Source of the DNA: the human T2T-CHM13v2.0 reference genome, Homo sapiens
Assembly: GCF_009914755.1 (NCBI RefSeq)
Contig: NC_060937.1
Reading direction: 5' to 3' (one strand)
DNA: 64,000 nt
Positions 57,524 through 64,000 of the stretch are shown here, piece by piece. Every line of letters begins with the position of its first letter. Position 1 is the stretch's first letter. The translations under genes were made by a program, and so were the position numbers. A model generated the notes under the pieces. It was not told the DNA's origin, searched no databases, and saw only the letters and a list, made by a program, of their open reading frames with translations.

Positions 57524-58936
57524 AAAATTGGCATTATTTTTATCTCACTTTCCAAAATTTCAGATAAGAGTCTGTGTATAAAGTATGTTCTGTCTTCCCT
57601 GAGACCCATCCTGATTGCCCATAAACGTATAAGTGCGATGCCTTCTCAGCCTGTCTTGCCACATCATTCACATGAGAAAATACAAAGACAGCATTTAAGA
57701 GTGGAAAACAGAGAGAGAGAGAAACACACAAACATTTGCTCAACTTCAGATTCTTTCTTAACAGCTTCAAATTTCTCCCTAAATCTTCTAGCTTCCTCCT
57801 ACAGCATTTCATTTTACTCTGGCTTGACATCAAATTTCCTGCATAGAGAAATTTTTTTCAAAAGTCTCTGATAATAACATTATTAGCCTATGTGTATGTG
57901 TGTATATATACTGTTAGCAAGGTACCAGGAACAATTTTAAGCAAATTAAATGTATATTGACTCAATCTACCTATTAGTTATTGCAAGCACAAGCTTGGAA
58001 TAGACCACAATATACCTAGAAGTTTATACAGCTGGATTTCGCTCAAGCACTGTAAAATTCAGGGGGCACATCAATGCCAAAACACTGCTTATTAGCAAAT
58101 GATATATGATAAATTATGCTAATTTTTAAATCTATAGATGTGTAGGGATCAACTGTTAAACTTGTTCAAAATATGGTTCTGATTATACTTACCCCAACAA
58201 CCACCAAAAAAGATAATGATTGTCATCAAAAGTGTGTATTGAGAATAAGTGACTCATGCATACGGTCCTTGTATTTTTCATTGAGTCTTTTTTTTGGCAG
58301 TAGTGTTGTCATCAGTGCAATTGGTATAGTCCCCACAAAATTAAAATTTATTTATATCATATTGCCTTTAAAAAAGAATCATTGTGTTTTCACTTCTTAA
58401 GAGCAAAATGTTACTAGTTCTGCAGTTTTTATCAAATATGTACCAGAAATTCTCATTTTACCGTTGGGAATATAAACTTCTCAATATAGTAAAACATGGA
58501 TTTTATTGTTTCCTGATCCCTTTGGTAGCATATGAAATATAGCTGAAGATTGTGCAATGCAATAAACTTGGTTCCTCTAAACAACAATTCTGTTTTAAAT
58601 GTTTAAAATAGACATTCCATAGGAATACCAACAAAATGCATGCAAATGTTATTTAACGCCAGTGAGGAGCCTAAGGAAACCATTACATACTATTTGTGCA
58701 GGATAGTTTGAAAATATTAAGCTTGTGACTCCAAACTCAATACTAAAATTTGTGAAAACATGTGCCCTTTAAAAAATAAAAATTTAAAAAAAATCCTCCT
58801 TTCCCCCACGTGTGTATTTCTCTCGGTGTGTATGTGGGTATATACAACTATCTACTCATGGCATATATATACCTAACATGCATGTACAGCTATCAATGAT
58901 TTAATAGCCAAGCTAATTTAAAAGTGCCAATAATCC

Positions 58937-59230
58937 TGATATGGTTTAGCTCTGTTTCCCCACCCAAATCTCACCCTATAGCTCCCATAATTCCCACATG
59001 TTGTGGGAGGGACCTGGTGGAAGATGATTGAATTATCAGTGGGTCTTTCCCGTGCTGTTCTCGTGTTAGTGAATGGGTCCCATGAGATCCAATGGCTTTA
59101 AAAATGGGAATTGCCCTGCACAAAGTCTCTCTTTGCCTCCCGCCATCCACATAAGATGTGACTTGCGCCTCCTTGGCTTCTGCCATGATTTAAACCTCTT
59201 TCTTTTGTAAATTATCCAGTCTCGGGTATA
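58937..59230 (+). mobile_element. THE1B-like solo LTR with internal and 3' deletions
   Basis: TGATATGGTTTAGC...cacccaaatctca...taaacctctttcttttgtaaattatccagtctcgggtat. Possible TSD AATCC/TATCC. Confidence 0.9.
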
Positions 59231-59399
59231 TATCCTCTATATTCACCTTAGAGAAAGTTGTCTCTTTATAATCTAGAGAGTCCCAAAGTCAGCATTTTTT
59301 AAACTAACATGCAATAAATAATGAACAGGCATTGAGTATATATACATATATAAAATATATACACCTCCTTCAACTAATACATACCTAAATTTGTACACA

Positions 59400-59592
59400 T
59401 TATTTTTGCTTGCATTCTTTTGGTCAGAACTTATTCACATGGCCACAGCTAATGAAAGAAAAGCTATACAATGTAGGATATAGTTGGAACAACATGCATA
59501 CAGCTAAAACTCAAAGACAGGTGTTTTTAATTACTAAATGAAAGGAGAGAGGAAGAAAGGAATCCAGTGGACAATTTGCTATCTCTTCAACA
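59400..59592 (-). mobile_element. MLT1J-like LTR fragment
   Basis: tggtcagaacttattcacatggccaca...cagctaaaactc. Confidence 0.55.
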
Positions 59593-60629
59593 TAAAAAAA
59601 AAAGTTCTTCATACCTCAATATTTTGTTTTCATCAATAATGTTGCCATATGAATTAGCATATACATCTTAAATTTTATAATGACTAATATAAGTCACCAC
59701 AAATATTTTAAGCATCTACATCAGTTTCTGGATAAAAATCTTACTAAGTAATTTAGTGGTAGTCTTTGAGAAATAGTTGGCACTCAACACTCTTAACTAA
59801 GTTCATAGATGAAGGAATTTTACTTTGTAAGAAGTTATGTTTATGTACAAAATATGATAATCAGAGAACAAGTAGGCTTCTCTCTGAGACAAGAATCACC
59901 TTTTGGCTTATCAAAATTTATGCTATTGTATACCAACATTCAAAAAGAATAGAATTCATTATGCAATCACAGTACTTTCTGTTATACTTGTCAGAGCAAA
60001 CATAAAATATAGAGTAAATATTAGTATTGATGGCAAAAGCTTTCTGAGAAACACAAAGTGAGGGAGTGAAATGGTGAGAGTTTTTAAGTAGATTTTTCTT
60101 GTGGCATTCAGGAAAATCAGTAAATTATACACACATTTCTTCAAAGGAGAGTCTAACTTTTAGAGAGAAGCAAGGAGAAAGCTTATCTAAGATATTATAA
60201 GCATCTGTAATATTTCAAATATTTCTCATCTTTTATGTCTGAAAAATAGACCACTCAGTAAAAAGCTCAAATGCTTTGTCTGTGTTGGTCAGATGGAAGA
60301 GACATGGCACTTCAAAACTGGTTCCTTGTTCCCTAAGAATCAAGGCCCTGGTCAGACTAGTGGTCCTGGATCTCCACTCCACTCTAGACAGGGGTCTTAT
60401 AGTCAGGCTGTATTACTATCACTTGGTTTCAATCTTACCCAACCCTGCCTGGATAGCATTCAGCAGTGGGTGTGGGGCTTGGCAACTGCTCTTTTACTCC
60501 ATAAATTGTTTAACAGGCTATCAAAATTTGAATTAGAAAGATTTACCACAAGCGTATGTGAGAAAAATTAATGATTGTTGTTTAAGCCTGGAAGACTTTT
60601 TCATTTTTGTCATTTCTGTGCAAAAGTAA

Positions 60630-60695
60630 GTGTGTGTGTATGTGTATGTGTGTGTGTGTTAGAGACAGAGAGTGTGTGAGAGAGAGATTGAGAGA
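60630..60695. repeat. Compound (TG)n/(AG)n microsatellite
   Basis: gtgtgtgtgtatgtgtatgtgtgtgtgtgt followed by agagacagagag... Confidence 0.8.
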
Positions 60696-60700
60696 CTGTG

Positions 60701-62990
60701 TGTATTAGTTTATTTTCACACTGCTATAAAGAAATACCTGACACTGGGTAATTTATAAAGGAAAAAGTTTTAATCGACTCACAGTTCCATATGTCTGGGG
60801 AGGCCTCAGGAAACTTACAATCATGGTGAAAGAGGAAGACGAAGCAAGCACCTTCTTCACAAGGTGGCAGGAGAGAGAAAAACAAAGGAAGAGCTTCCAA
60901 CGCTTAGAAAACCATCAGATCACCTGAGAACTCACTCACTATAAAGTGAACAGCATGGGAGAAACTGCCCCAATGAGCCAATCGCCTCCTTCTCTTTACA
61001 TGTGAGGATTACAGGTCCCTCCTTCCACACGTGGGAATTACGATTTGAGATAGATTTGGGTGCAGACTCAGAGCCAAACCATATCATTCTGCCCCTGGCC
61101 TCTCCCACATCTCGAGTCCTCACATTTCAAAACCAATCATGCCTTCCCAATGGTCCCCCAATGTCTGAACTCATTTCAGCATTAACTCAAAAGTTCACAG
61201 TCCAAAGTCTCCTCTGAGACAAAGCAAGTCCCTTCCACCTATAAGCCTGTAAAATCAAAAGCAAATTAGTTAATTTCTAGATACAATAGGCATACAGGCA
61301 TTGGGTAAATACTCCTGTTCCAAATGGGAGAAACTCACCATAACAAAGAGGCTACAGGCCCCATGGAAGTCTAAAATCCAGTGGGCAGTCATTAAATCTT
61401 AAAGCTCTAAAATGATCTTCTTTGACTCCATGTCTCGCATCCAGGTCACGCTGATGCAAGAGGTGGGCTCACATAGCCTTGGGTGGCTCTGTCCTTGTGG
61501 CTTTGCAGGGTGCATCTTCCCTCCTCTCTGCTTTCATGGGCTAGCTTTGAGTGTCTGTGGCTTTTGCAGGCACAAGGTGAAAGCTGTCAGCAAACCTACC
61601 ATTCTGGGGTCTGGATGACAGTGGCCCTCTTCTTACAGTTTCACTATTCAGTGCCCCAGTGGGGACTCTGTATTGGGGCTTGCACTCCTCATTGCCCTTC
61701 TGCACTGCCCTAGCAGAGGTTCTCCATGAGGGCCCTACCCCTGCAGCAGACTTCTGCCTAGACATCCAGGTGTTTCCACACATCCTGTGAAATCTAGGCA
61801 GAGATTCCCAAACCTGAATTCTTGAATTCTATGCACCTGCAGGCCCAACACCACATGGAAGCTGCCACGGCTTGGGGCTTACACCCTCTGAAGCCATGAC
61901 CTGAGCTGTACCTTGGTCCTTTTTAGCCACTGCTGGAGTTAGAGCAGCTGGGATGCAGGGAACTGGTTCCTAGGCTGCACACAGCAGCAGGGCCCTGGGC
62001 CCCACCCAAGAAACCAATTTTTCCTTCTAGATCTCCAGGCCTGTGATGGGAGGGGCTGCTGTGAATGTCCCTGATATGTCATGGAGACATTTTCCCCATT
62101 GTCTTGGTGATTAACATTTGGCTCCTCACTACTTATGCAACTTTCTGCAGCAGGCTTGAATTTCTCCTCAGCAAAATGGTTTTTGTTTTCTGTCACATTG
62201 TCAGGCTGCAAACTTTCCAAACTTTTATGCTCTGCTTCCCTTATAAACATAAGTTCTGATTTCAGATTATCTCTCTCAAGTTAAAAGTTCCACAGATCTC
62301 TAGGGCAGGGGCAAAATGATGCAGTCTCTTTTCTAAAGCATAGCAAGAGTGTCTTTTGCTCCACTTCCTAGTAAGTTTCTCATCTCCATCTGAGACCACC
62401 TCAGCATGGACTTCATTGTCCATATCACTATCAACATTTTGGTCAAAACCATTCAACAAGTCTCTAGGAAGTTACAAACTTTCCCACATCTTCCTATCTT
62501 ATTCTGAGCCCTCCAAATTGTTCCAACCTCTGCCCATTACCTTGTAACAAAGTTGCTTCCACATTTTCTGTATCTTTACAGCAGTACCCCACTACTGGTA
62601 CAAATTAACAGTATTAGTCCCTTTTCACACTGCTAAAAGGAAATACTTGAGACTAGGTGATTTATAAAGGAAAGAAGTTTGATTGACTCACAGGTCAACA
62701 TGGCTGGGGAGTCCTCAGGAAACTTATAAACATGGCAGAAGGCAAAGGGGAAGCAAGCACTTTCTTCACAAAGTGGCAGTAAAGAGAATGAAGGAGGAAC
62801 GTTCGAACACTTATAAAACTATCAGATCTTGTGAGAACTGACTATCATGAGAACAGCATGGGTGCAACAACCCCCCATGATCCAATCACCTTCCTCCTTC
62901 GACACATGGAGATTACAGGTCTCTTCCTCAACACTTGGGGATTACAATTCAAGATGAGATTTGGGTGGGCACCAAGAGCCAAACCATGTA
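60701..62990 (-). mobile_element. Full MSTA-like MaLR element: LTR 60701-61086, internal, LTR 62610-62990
   Basis: Two antisense LTRs. MaLR-int ORF remnants (FIREAEHKSLESLQPDN; LNGFDQNVDSDMDNEV). TSD CTGTG/CTATG. Confidence 0.93.
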
Positions 62991-63014
62991 CTATGGCTGG
63001 AGCATAAAAGTTGT

Positions 63015-63150
63015 GTACTTCAGGCCTCAGATTTCAGTTTCCATAATCAAATTGACAGACAATGGCTGTTGCGAAGGTCAAATGATAAAATGTATGTAAA
63101 GGTGCTGGTGAATTGTGAAGGATCATTCAGAGTAAAAGTGTATTATTTTA
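63015..63150 (+). mobile_element. MIR-family 3' fragment
   Basis: ttcagtttcc...ggctgttgcgaaggtcaaatgataaaatgtatgtaaaggtgct. Confidence 0.55.
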
Positions 63151-64000
63151 ATTTAAAATAAATTATTAAATCTATCTGGCATAAAACAAATAGCTCAGTA
63201 GAAGCTGATATGTGGTTTAGGTTAGTTGAAGATGATACATTGAAAAATTAGCAAATTTAAAACTTTGAATTAGGACATGAATCTATAGCTTTAAAAACAG
63301 AAATTTAACCACTGGCATTATTGCATTTTTTTGTCATATGCTTTTGGTATATAGCTCTCTTTAATTTGTGTTTGAAACAATTTTATATTATCAGACTGGC
63401 CAGATTTGGGAACATTTTTCTCAACATAATTGTTTATATTTTTTGGTATTTGCCAAATAAAAAATGAAAAAGTTTTTGTAATAAATTGTGTTTTATTTAA
63501 AATAAGTCCATAATATAGTTAGTTACATGGCAGCAGAAGATATTCAATTGTGTTTGTATTATGTATATGGGAAATATTTCTACTGAAGTCCTAGTGTGCT
63601 ACTTGTACTCTTGCAGAACATAGAATCTAAGTAATCATAAAAAATGGTTGTAATTTGTTCATCTTCATGTCTTTAATCCCCTCATGGCATTATGTTTTGT
63701 TATGATGTGCTTTATATTCTACACTGATAAGATACATACTTTATTTATTCATATTTATGACTATAAACTCCCTCTTATTTTTAACATACAATAAAATTTA
63801 TATTTATGTTTGAATTAAATAATATACATTAAACCATCAATTCTATGTAGATTTGAGTGGAAGCAGGCCTGCATACATTGCATAGCTCTTTTCATTACCT
63901 ATAGCACATAATTTTTCATTAATTTATTTACTATGATAACCATAACTAGTTTCAGGCAAGAATCTAACATTCTTTCATGAGTCATGTGGAGTCTTGGAGG

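Noticed and set aside
60250-60570. Moderately GC-rich unassigned segment with 86-92-aa ORFs
   Set aside because: No recognisable protein or repeat match; probably an ancient repeat. Cannot be supported without a Dfam/BLAST search.

Overview
AT-rich, CpG-poor simian-primate (probably human or catarrhine) intergenic or deep-intronic DNA. Roughly two-thirds of it is decayed interspersed repeat. I find no credible protein-coding gene, RNA gene or CRISPR array. The ORFs I can assign are Alu, L1, MaLR or ERV remnants, and the rest look like chance ORFs. Main components: an L2 host carrying an Alu and an MLT2 LTR that itself holds an LTR18-type LTR (1-2.4 kb); a complete MER61-type ERV1 provirus on the minus strand (2575-7663, TSD AAAT) lying back-to-back with a solo LTR15-type LTR; two THE1 and one MSTA two-LTR elements; a near-full-length L1MA (20.7-28.4 kb); an MLT1F-type element with internal region; an ERVL provirus (gag/pro/pol/dUTPase remnants, 39.1-48.2 kb) inside an old L1M; and a twin-primed L1PA with a nested antisense L1. 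The most noteworthy signals are (i) a 278-bp near-perfect fold-back palindrome built from old L1M sequence (15923-16200), (ii) a CpG- and GC-box-rich 5' LTR/leader of the MER61 provirus that looks like a germline-unmethylated promoter, and (iii) repeated locally templated insertions, both direct and inverted, resembling template-switch or end-joining scars. I do not see evidence for a new multi-gene biological system. Repeat subfamily names come from recalled consensus sequences and need RepeatMasker/Dfam confirmation.
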